DNA of 57,676 bases from Planctomycetota bacterium. Its GTDB lineage: Bacteria > Planctomycetota > JAFGQW01. Of this stretch, positions 30,510-38,011 are shown in pieces. The DNA lies in contig JAFGQW010000141.1 of the NCBI GenBank assembly GCA_016935485.1, positions 1 through 57,676 on the forward strand, given 5' to 3'. Position numbers and translations under genes: made by a program. Position 1 is the first letter of the stretch, and every line of letters starts with the position of its first letter. Under the pieces are notes generated by a model, which made no database searches, was not told where the DNA came from, and was given only the letters and a program-made list of their open reading frames with translations.

Positions 30510-30538
30510 ATCTTAGGCAGGCGGTGCGGGGCCGTCAA
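30510..30538 (-). promoter_or_regulatory. sigma-70-type promoter for tRNA-Val
   Basis: On the minus strand: TTGACG, a 17-nt spacer, then TAAGAT. The -10 box ends 10 nt before the mature tRNA 5' end. Confidence 0.5.
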
Positions 30539-30658
30539 GAGCTCGCGAGCGCGCGGTGACCGGACGGGCGGGAGGCGCAGAGCCACGCCGGTGCGATTCA
30601 CCTGGTCGGGCCGGGGGGCGCCCAGGCGGAGAAGGCCGGGCTGGACCGTGCTTCCGGG

Positions 30659-30686
30659 CTGACGCACGCGCCCGATTTGCTACAAT
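30659..30686 (+). promoter_or_regulatory. candidate promoter CTGACG-16-TACAAT upstream of the FGE-family gene
   Basis: Locally GC-poor gatttgctacaattcat, about 125 nt upstream of the ATG at 30810. Confidence 0.35.
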
Positions 30687-30809
30687 TCATCTCCCCCGAG
30701 CGGGACCCCGACTGCTCCGGACGGCGTGGCGAACGCCGGGCGCTCCGGGCCCGCGGGCGGTGGTCAGAGGACGAGGACGGCCGGCCGGCCGTCGGGGAAG
30801 GAACGCGCG

Positions 30810-31751
30810 ATGCTCGAGAACGCACTGTCGAGGCGGACCCGGGGCGGATGCCTGCTGCTCGTGCTGGCGGCGGCGCTGGTCGCGGGGTGCGCTCGCCGGG
30901 AGCCCCCGAAGAAGACCAAGGACTGGATCATCCCGTCCTCGGAAGACATCCAGAAATGGATCCACCAGAAGCGTGACACCAATCACAACATGGTGAAGAT
31001 CCCGCCCGGCCGCTACAAGCTGGGCGACAACACATTCAGGGGCAACCGCGAGCGGATCCACAACCTCGAGAAGGCCTTCTGGATCGACAAGTTCGAGGTC
31101 ACGAACAACGACTGGTGGTTCTTCCTCTGGGCCACGAAGGACTCGCGCGAGTTCTTCGCCGCGCCCCCGGTGGTCATGGGGGAGTACGACACCGACAAGT
31201 GGGTCCAGGCGCACAATTACTTCAAGTACGACTACAGCCGGGCGAAGTACCCGGTGCGAGCCGTCCTCTACGGTGAGGCGGAGATGTTCGCCCGGTTCGT
31301 CCGCAAGCGCCTGCCGACGGCCGACGAGTGGGAGATCGCCGCCCGCGGTTCGCAGGGCTACCGCTACCCGTGGGGAGACACCTACACGCAGGCCGACTGG
31401 AAGACCAAGGCCAACACGAGCTTCGACCTGGTCCGGGCGGGCCAGAAGGACGCCGGCATCGAACGGGTGCACGACACGGTGGAGGTCGACAAGCTCGAGG
31501 CGGGGCAGAGCCCCTTCGGCTGCTACAACATGGCGGACAACGTCTCGGAGTGGACGACCTCGGAGGTGACCACCGGGCACGGCGAATGGAAGCAGGTGAG
31601 CCGAGACGAGCGGCCCATGGCCAAGGTCGTCAAGGGAGGGAGCTTCTGGTCACGCCAGGTGGGAGCCCTGGCGGCCCAGTTCATCGACGTCATGGCCGAG
31701 ACGGCGTCCGACCAGTTCCGGATCGGTTTCCGCTGCGCCAGGGACGACTGA
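30810..31751 (+). CDS. formylglycine-generating-enzyme family (FGE-sulfatase/SUMF1-like) lipoprotein
   Basis: The ATG follows ggggaaggaa. Lipobox LVAGC. FWIDKFEVTN, RLPTADEWEIAARG, YPWGD, NVSEWT, VKGGSF, IGFRCARD. Confidence 0.85.
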   Translation: MLENALSRRTRGGCLLLVLAAALVAGCARREPPKKTKDWIIPSSEDIQKWIHQKRDTNHNMVKIPPGRYKLGDNTFRGNRERIHNLEKAFWIDKFEVTNNDWWFFLWATKDSREFFAAPPVVMGEYDTDKWVQAHNYFKYDYSRAKYPVRAVLYGEAEMFARFVRKRLPTADEWEIAARGSQGYRYPWGDTYTQADWKTKANTSFDLVRAGQKDAGIERVHDTVEVDKLEAGQSPFGCYNMADNVSEWTTSEVTTGHGEWKQVSRDERPMAKVVKGGSFWSRQVGALAAQFIDVMAETASDQFRIGFRCARDD

Positions 31752-31786
31752 GCATCCCGGCTGGCCGGCCGCCGGTACATGAAGAA

Positions 31787-31814
31787 ACGGGTCGGAAGGA
31801 GGATTCCGACCCGT
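31787..31814. terminator. perfect 10-bp hairpin with loop AGGAGGAT
   Basis: acgggtcgga-aggaggat-tccgacccgt, 36 nt after the FGE-family stop. There is no U-tract on the + strand. On the minus strand it is followed by TTTCTTC. Confidence 0.35.
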
Positions 31815-32231
31815 ACAGGAAACGAGTCAAGGCCTCGTGTTTCGGCGCAGTCTGATTTGAGAAGAAAAAAGGGAAAAGAAGGGGAGAAAACAGAAAGTCA
31901 ACGCACTACGCGCCACCTCGACTCGGTTTCCCCGGTTGCACTGAACTGCGATATCTCAAGGAACCCCCACCCGGCCCGGGCACCGGATGCGTACACCCCC
32001 TTGGATGCGGGCCGGGGCCCCCGATGTTCCCGTCAGTTCCCTTTCCCGCTCGCAGAACCGCCTGAAACGGGCGCGTGCCCTCAGGCCTGAGGACCCCGCC
32101 GGGCGATAGACATAGGGCGCCGGGAGGACGTTCCCGCACGGTCTCACGGTCCCGCGGAAGCAGGACGGGGAAGTCACACCCGGGGCGGTGCGCCGCATGG
32201 CGGCGCCATCGAACGGGGAGGCACGAAGCCC

Positions 32232-33329
32232 GTGGCTGGCAGGCTCGAGCGGTGGACGCGGATCGCGCAGGCAACTGTCCGGTGGGGACTCCCCCTGACC
32301 GCGCTCGCCGCGCTCGTCGCAGCGCTCCTCGCGGGGCTTCCTGTGCCCGGGGCGCCGGAAGAGGCCATGCGGGTCGGACCGCGCAGCGCACCGGCCGGGG
32401 GCCGCCGGCCGAGCGATCCGCCTCCGCGGTCCACGAACCTGGAGCCCCCCGCGTCCGAAGCGCCCGACGAAGCGGCCGCGCGGCAGCAGCTGCTGTCCGC
32501 CGTGGGGGGGCCCGCGCCGGATCGGATGCGACGCCGGGAATGGGCGGAGCGGCAGGCCGACGCGATCCGGGCCCATCTGACGGCCTATCCCGCCTCGCCC
32601 GACGCCCTCAGCCTCTACCACTGGATGCTCGTGATCGAGGTCCAGATCCTCGGGCGCTACGAGCGGGCCGAGAGCGCCCTGGACGCGCTGGAGGAGCGCC
32701 TCCGCAGCGGCGGCGGCCCGGAGCTGGAGCCCGCGGCCATCCGGGCGCTCTGGCTCCGGGTGCAGCTCTACGCCCGGTGGAGGAGGCCGAATCGAGAGGC
32801 GGCGGCGATTCGCCGGCTGCTCCCGCGGCTCGGCGCCGCCGAGCAGGCCCTCATGGCGGGACGCCTCTTCGAGCTCGAGCACCTCCAGCCCGGAGCGGCG
32901 CTGCCGCCGATCGAGGGGCGTGACCTCGACGGGAGGCTCGTCCGGCCGGAGCTCTGGGAAGGGAAGGTGCTCCTGCTGGATCTCTGGCACCTCGCCGATG
33001 ACCACGCGGCCGAGGACTTCGCCGAGCGCGCGCGGGCGCTCCGCGCCCAGGTGGACGGGGACCTCGTCATGGTCGGCGTACCGCTCGCCCGCTCCGAGGG
33101 CGACGTCCGGGCGTTCCTCGCCGAACATCCCCGCCGCGGCCCCCAGATCTTCGATCCCGCGCTCCCGGGCAACGACCATCCGATCGCCCGGCGGCTTGCG
33201 CCGATGGGATGTCCCACGAGCTTCCTGGTGGACCGCGGCGGCACAATCCGGTATCGCGACATTCGCGGCCCGGAGCTTCTGGCCGCGATCGAGAAGCTCT
33301 GTCGGGAACCACGGCGCGAAGGTCGGTAA
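32232..33329 (+). CDS. membrane-anchored TlpA/redoxin-like thioredoxin-fold protein lacking the CxxC motif
   Basis: GTG start, N-terminal TM segment and a helical middle region. The C-terminal GKVLLLDLWHLADDHAAEDF aligns with the redoxin G-K-x-x-L-x-F-W-A-x-W-C-x-x-C block but has no Cys. The cis-Pro loop GCPTSFLVDRGGTIRY is conserved. Confidence 0.7.
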   Translation: MAGRLERWTRIAQATVRWGLPLTALAALVAALLAGLPVPGAPEEAMRVGPRSAPAGGRRPSDPPPRSTNLEPPASEAPDEAAARQQLLSAVGGPAPDRMRRREWAERQADAIRAHLTAYPASPDALSLYHWMLVIEVQILGRYERAESALDALEERLRSGGGPELEPAAIRALWLRVQLYARWRRPNREAAAIRRLLPRLGAAEQALMAGRLFELEHLQPGAALPPIEGRDLDGRLVRPELWEGKVLLLDLWHLADDHAAEDFAERARALRAQVDGDLVMVGVPLARSEGDVRAFLAEHPRRGPQIFDPALPGNDHPIARRLAPMGCPTSFLVDRGGTIRYRDIRGPELLAAIEKLCREPRREGR

Positions 33330-33523
33330 GGGCCGACGATTCCGCACCGCCCGGTCCTCGCCGGGCCGCCAACGTGCCGACTCGAAGACGGGCGCGGGCG
33401 TGGGCCGAGCGGCGCGCCTGCGCTATCATTCCCGGTCACCATGTGCGGCGGGGCGGGCCAGAGAGCCGGGGACTGGCCGCCGGACGGCCGGTCGCGTCGC
33501 GCGCTCTTCGGACTGGATCACCC

Positions 33524-35278
33524 ATGCGCTCCGGAGTGTGCACGCACGCGCGTCTTTGGCTGGTCTCGATCGCCGTTCTGGCCCTCGCCAGCGGGTGCGG
33601 AAAGCCCGCGGAACCCCCGCCGCCGCCCGATCCCGGGACCCCGGTGGCGACCGCGTCCGTCTCCTCGCCCGGCGCTTCGGCCGGTTCCGCCGCCCCCGCA
33701 GTCCCTCCCGCGGGAGCGGCGGTGAAGCCGCCGCCGGTGGCGAGTCCGGAGCCCGCGCCGCCCGAACCGGGAGCGCCCGACCCCCTGGCCTACCGCGATC
33801 GAGGCCTCTTCCCCACGGCGTCCACGTGCCTCTACCAGCTGCTCAAGGCCGAGGGCGACAGCACGGCCTCCCTGACGCAGATCCGTCGCACGCTCCGGGG
33901 CGATCTCCAGGGGATCAGTCTGGGGCACCTCCGGAGCTACCTCGAGCAGTCCGGAATCGCCGCGACCGTGCGCCGCCAGCCGTCCGCCGACCTGCTCGCA
34001 AGCGGCCGCCCGGCGATCGTGCTGGTGCGAACGAAGCACACCGAGCAGGACCCCCTGAGCGGCCAGTTCGTGCTGTGCACGGGACCGGCAGCGGAGGGAG
34101 TCCGCATCGTCGATCCGCTGGCCGGAATCAGGGTCCTGCCCGTCGAGACGTTCGCCGGTCGCTACCTCGGGGTCAGTCTCCGGCTCGATGCGCCCCGGAA
34201 CCTGCCGGCGCGCGAAGCGCCCGATCTGTGGTGCGAGGAGATGGTCTGGAGCTTCGAGGAGGTCCCCTCCGGCGCCGAGATCCGGCACAGCTTCGAGATC
34301 ACCAACCGCGGCGACCGCCCCCTGAAGATCGAGCGGGTCGAGACGACCTGCGGCTGCGCGGCGGCCATGGTGGGCGGCAAGGGCGAGCTTGCCGCGGACC
34401 TGATCGCCGGTGCCAAGCCCGAGAAGGAGACCGATCCGAAGAAGCTCGTCGCGCAGAAGGACTCCGGCGGCGTCATCGAGCCGGGCAAGAGCGCCTGGGT
34501 CTCGGCCTACGTGAACACCCTCTACAAGCAGGGGTTCATGTCCTTCCAGTTGCGGCTCATCACCAACGACCCGGAGGAACACGAGTCCCTCCTCTCGCTG
34601 CAGGGCACCGTCGTCCGGGTCTTCGAGTGGGACCCGGTCACCCTCTGGTTTCCCGATGTCAACGCCACCACCGGTGCGTTCGGCTACCTGTGGGTGCGCC
34701 ACCACCGCTCCCGGGCGTTTCGCGTCACCGACATCCGCTCCACCTCGAAGCACGTCGCCGCCTGGGTGGAGGAGAACGCGCCGCGCGAGCCGCCGGCCGG
34801 GACGCAGGCGGCGGCCAATCCCGCCATGCCGCCGCGCTCGTATCCGGCCGAGCAGGGCTGGGTCGGGCTCAAGGTGATGGTGCTGCCCGACGCACCCATC
34901 GGGACCCTGTCGGCCACCCTGTCTCTCAAGGCGGAAGACACCCCGATCGAGGCCAGCGTGGCCGCGCTCGTGAAGGGAAACCTCGTCGTGGAACCCGCCT
35001 ACTTCAGCTTCGGGCATCTCCACAAGGGCGAGGCGCAGAGCGTCTCGGTCACCCTCCGCTCCGCGCTGGGCGAGGTCCTCGAGGTCAAGTCGGTCACCGC
35101 CAGCAAGGACTTCATGCGCGCGGCCGTGCAAGAGGGCGGGGCTGGAACCTATCGCATAACCCTATCGCTGACAGAGGGATGGAGCGACCCCGACCTCCAG
35201 GGAGTCGTGACGATCTGCACCAACGACCCTCTCGAGCCAGAGAAGAAGGTGCTCGTCTACGGTTTCATACGCCGCTGA
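33524..35278 (+). CDS. lipoprotein with a peptidase-C39-like domain and DUF1573 (Ig-like) repeats
   Basis: Lipobox LASGC and a Pro-rich linker. The C39-like region reads ASTCLYQLLKAEG...GISLGHLRSYLEQSGIAA...PAIVLV...GQFVLCTG...VRIVDPLAG. DUF1573 signature: FEEVPSGAEIRHSFEITNRGDRPLKIERVETTCGCAAA, plus two further degenerate copies. Confidence 0.7.
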   Translation: MRSGVCTHARLWLVSIAVLALASGCGKPAEPPPPPDPGTPVATASVSSPGASAGSAAPAVPPAGAAVKPPPVASPEPAPPEPGAPDPLAYRDRGLFPTASTCLYQLLKAEGDSTASLTQIRRTLRGDLQGISLGHLRSYLEQSGIAATVRRQPSADLLASGRPAIVLVRTKHTEQDPLSGQFVLCTGPAAEGVRIVDPLAGIRVLPVETFAGRYLGVSLRLDAPRNLPAREAPDLWCEEMVWSFEEVPSGAEIRHSFEITNRGDRPLKIERVETTCGCAAAMVGGKGELAADLIAGAKPEKETDPKKLVAQKDSGGVIEPGKSAWVSAYVNTLYKQGFMSFQLRLITNDPEEHESLLSLQGTVVRVFEWDPVTLWFPDVNATTGAFGYLWVRHHRSRAFRVTDIRSTSKHVAAWVEENAPREPPAGTQAAANPAMPPRSYPAEQGWVGLKVMVLPDAPIGTLSATLSLKAEDTPIEASVAALVKGNLVVEPAYFSFGHLHKGEAQSVSVTLRSALGEVLEVKSVTASKDFMRAAVQEGGAGTYRITLSLTEGWSDPDLQGVVTICTNDPLEPEKKVLVYGFIRR

Positions 35279-35330
35279 TTCTCCCCGGCGGCGCGCGACG
35301 CCGGCGGCCGGGCCGCGTGCGCCCGCCGCA

Positions 35331-35370
35331 GATCCCGCCTTCCGGCGGCTGGAGATCCCGCCTTCCGGCT
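35331..35370. promoter_or_regulatory. 17-bp perfect direct repeat (agatcccgccttccggc x2, 23-nt period) just upstream of a small gene
   Basis: Copies at 35331-35347 and 35354-35370. The second ends 16 nt before the ATG at 35387. The repeat itself is certain; a regulatory role is inferred. Confidence 0.35.
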
Positions 35371-35386
35371 GCCGATAGAGAGGCCC

Positions 35387-35752
35387 ATGAGCGCAAACCG
35401 CCCGAGCCTTCCGGCGAAGATCCTGGCGCTGGGCCTGGTCGGCGCCCTCCTCGCGATGGGGCTTCTCCTCCATACGCTCGAGGTCGTGGACGACGGTCCC
35501 GCCGCCCGGGAGGAGGCGCCGCTCAGTCTGCTCGTCTTCGAGGATCTGCTCGCGCGGGGCGACGTGCTCGAGTGCACGCACGCCGACGGCCGGCTCACGG
35601 GACTCAAGCGGGGAAGACACGACCGGCTGGAGCCCTTCCGCGTCGCGGGGGAGATCCCGCGCCGGCTGCTGCGGGACATCGCCCGCCGGCGGGTGACGCT
35701 CCACGACCTGTCCCCGGCCGCGCCGGCCCCTGAACCGGCCGCCGCGCGGTAG
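35387..35752 (+). CDS. small single-pass membrane protein (hypothetical; FtsH-ectodomain-like pattern)
   Basis: SD-like gagagg 5 nt upstream. High GC3. TM segment ILALGLVGALLAMGLLL, then an approximately 90-aa soluble part. Confidence 0.55.
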   Translation: MSANRPSLPAKILALGLVGALLAMGLLLHTLEVVDDGPAAREEAPLSLLVFEDLLARGDVLECTHADGRLTGLKRGRHDRLEPFRVAGEIPRRLLRDIARRRVTLHDLSPAAPAPEPAAAR

Positions 35753-36026
35753 GAACCCGCTGCCCTGGCTTCACCAGGCCGGGGGACGGATCGCGCGGCG
35801 CCGCGGGTGTGGCCGCAGTGTGTGCCCGCCGGCCCGCGGTTCCGGGGGCAGACTGGCCGGCCGCGTCGAACTGTACTAGAACATCCGGCAGTGCGCGGTG
35901 GATCACGCCGACTCGCTCGCACCCGCGCCGCACTCGCCTTCCTCGTTCGCGGCTGCCATTCATGTCCGGCCGCGCCGGGTTCGGGGTCCCGGCGATGATC
36001 CGGCCGGCTGTCTGGAGGGATGATCG

Positions 36027-37952
36027 TTGGCCAAGAAAGCCGGATTCAACTTCTACTGGATCCTGATCATCATCGCGGTCCTGTTCTTCATCTACATCCT
36101 GGAGCTGCCGGGCGGACCGCAACAGTGGAGTTACACCGAGCTTCTCCAGGCCATCGACGCGGACAAGCTCACCGGGGTGGTCGCCATCTGGCAGAGCGGG
36201 GAGATCACCGGGACCTACCGGGAACCGAGCGACAAGGAGAACACGCCGCCCCGGCGCTTCCGGACCGTCTACGCGCCGACGGACAAGGAGGTCAGCCCCG
36301 AGCTGCGCCGCAGGCTCGAGGCAAAGAAGATCGAGTACGAGTTCAAGCAGCCCAACAGCCTCGGCCAGAACCTGCACTGGATCCTGCTGATCCTGATCGC
36401 GGTGGTGTTCTGGGTGCTGATCGTGCGCCAGATGCGCCGCACGGACACCACGGTGATGAGCTTCGGCAAGTCCAAGGCCAAGATCACCGCGGAGAAGGAG
36501 ACCAACACCACGTTCGAGGATGTCGCCGGGTGCCAGGAGGCCAAGGAGGAGCTCCAGGAGATCATCCAGTTCCTGCGCAGCCCGAAGAAGTTCCAGATGC
36601 TGGGCGGCAAGATCCCCAAGGGCGTCCTCCTCGTGGGCCCGCCCGGGACCGGCAAGACGCTGATCGCCCGCGCCATCGCCGGGGAGGCGGCCGTGCCGTT
36701 CTTCAGCATCTCGGGGTCGGACTTCGTGGAGATGTTCGTCGGCGTCGGGGCCGCGCGGGTCCGCGACCTCTTCAACCAGGCCAAGACCAAGGCGCCGTGC
36801 ATCGTGTTCATCGACGAGATCGACGCGGTCGGCCGGCAGCGGTTCGCCGGCATCGGCGGCGGTCACGACGAGCGCGAGCAGACGCTGAACCAGCTGCTCG
36901 TGGAGATGGACGGCTTCGAGTCGCAGAAGGGCGTCATCATCATCGCCGCCACCAACCGCCACGACGTCCTCGACCCGGCGCTGCTCCGGCCGGGGCGGTT
37001 CGACCGCCGCGTGGTGGTGGACACGCCGGACATCAAGGGACGCGAAGAGATCCTGCGGGTCCACACCAAGGGCAAGCCGATCGGCCGCAGCGTGGACCTG
37101 GCGGTGGTGGCGCGGCAGACGCCAGGCTTCAGCGGGGCGGATCTGGCCAACGTGGTGAACGAGGCGGCGCTGCTCGCGGCCCGCCACGACGCCAGCCAGA
37201 TCGAGATGAGCGACTTCGAGAGCGCGGTGGACCGGGTCATCGCCGGTCCGGAGCGCAAATCGCGCGTCATCAGCGACAAGGAGAAGGAGATCGTCGCCTA
37301 CCACGAGGCCGGCCACGCGCTGGTCGCGGAGCGCATGGAGGACGCCGACCCGGTGCACAAGGTCTCCATCATCCCGCGCGGCTACGGCGTGGGCGGCTTC
37401 ACCATGAGCCTTCCCGAGGAGGATCGCTATCTCAACACGCGCAAGGAGCTCCTCTCACGGGTGGTCGTGCTGATGGGCGGGCGCGCGGCCGAGGAGCTCG
37501 TCTTCAAGGAGATCTCCACGGGCGCCTCCAACGACCTCGAGGTGGCCTCCAACATCGCCCGTGCGATGGTCTGTCAGTACGGGATGAGCGAAAAGGTGGG
37601 AGCGCTGTCCTTCGGCGAGCACACCAAGCAGGTGTTCCTCGGCCGCGATTTCTCCCGCGACCACGCCTTCAGCCAGGAGACCTACCAGGCGATCGACTCC
37701 GAGGTGCGCCGCATCGTCACCGAGTGCCACGAGCGGGCCCGCGAGATCCTCCGCGCCGAGGAGACGCTCCTGCACCGGATCGCCGACGCGCTCAAGGTGC
37801 ACGAGACCCTGGCCCGCGTGGATCTGCTGGCGATTCTCGACGGCGACGACGTGCCGGCGCGCCGGGCCGAGGCGCCGCCGGAAGAAACCCGGCGCCACGC
37901 CCCGGACAACGCCCCGGACAAGGCCCCGGACAGCGCGTCGCCGCCGTTCTGA
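36027..37952 (+). CDS. ftsH: ATP-dependent zinc metalloprotease FtsH
   Basis: TTG start after ggaggga. Walker [19 protein letters not shown] region [19 protein letters not shown], and zinc motif HEAGHAL. Confidence 0.95.
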   Translation: MAKKAGFNFYWILIIIAVLFFIYILELPGGPQQWSYTELLQAIDADKLTGVVAIWQSGEITGTYREPSDKENTPPRRFRTVYAPTDKEVSPELRRRLEAKKIEYEFKQPNSLGQNLHWILLILIAVVFWVLIVRQMRRTDTTVMSFGKSKAKITAEKETNTTFEDVAGCQEAKEELQEIIQFLRSPKKFQMLGGKIPKGVLLVGPPGTGKTLIARAIAGEAAVPFFSISGSDFVEMFVGVGAARVRDLFNQAKTKAPCIVFIDEIDAVGRQRFAGIGGGHDEREQTLNQLLVEMDGFESQKGVIIIAATNRHDVLDPALLRPGRFDRRVVVDTPDIKGREEILRVHTKGKPIGRSVDLAVVARQTPGFSGADLANVVNEAALLAARHDASQIEMSDFESAVDRVIAGPERKSRVISDKEKEIVAYHEAGHALVAERMEDADPVHKVSIIPRGYGVGGFTMSLPEEDRYLNTRKELLSRVVVLMGGRAAEELVFKEISTGASNDLEVASNIARAMVCQYGMSEKVGALSFGEHTKQVFLGRDFSRDHAFSQETYQAIDSEVRRIVTECHERAREILRAEETLLHRIADALKVHETLARVDLLAILDGDDVPARRAEAPPEETRRHAPDNAPDKAPDSASPPF

Positions 37953-37967
37953 GGCCGCGAGCCGCCC

Positions 37968-37992
37968 GAGCCGGCGGTGTCGCCGCCGGCTC
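37968..37992 (+). terminator. 10-bp GC hairpin between ftsH and polA (no U-tract)
   Basis: gagccggcgg-tgtcg-ccgccggctc, 16 nt after the ftsH stop and immediately before the polA SD sequence aggagg. Confidence 0.3.
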
Positions 37993-38011
37993 CAGCAGAA
38001 GGAGGCAAGCC

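Noticed and set aside
29492-30538. Integrated mobile element or genomic island at tRNA-Val
   Set aside because: There is no integrase or recombinase ORF, and I could find no direct repeat of the tRNA 3' end in the flanks. Only the decayed or ambiguous region reported as a finding is present.
31779-32090. 103-aa ORF MKKRVGRRIPTRTGNES...
   Set aside because: It is highly basic and low-complexity. It spans the two hairpins and the purine tract, has no SD sequence, and its codon third positions are not GC-biased across the A-rich tract. I treat it as non-coding.
32100-32215. SRP (4.5S) RNA-like motif ggtcccgcGGAAgcagg
   Set aside because: A GGAA tetraloop and an AGCAG-like 3' side are present. 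However, the conserved GGAAGCAGCC/symmetric-loop arrangement and a long closing helix could not be built by hand. It also sits just upstream of the 32232 start codon, so it is more likely ordinary 5' UTR.
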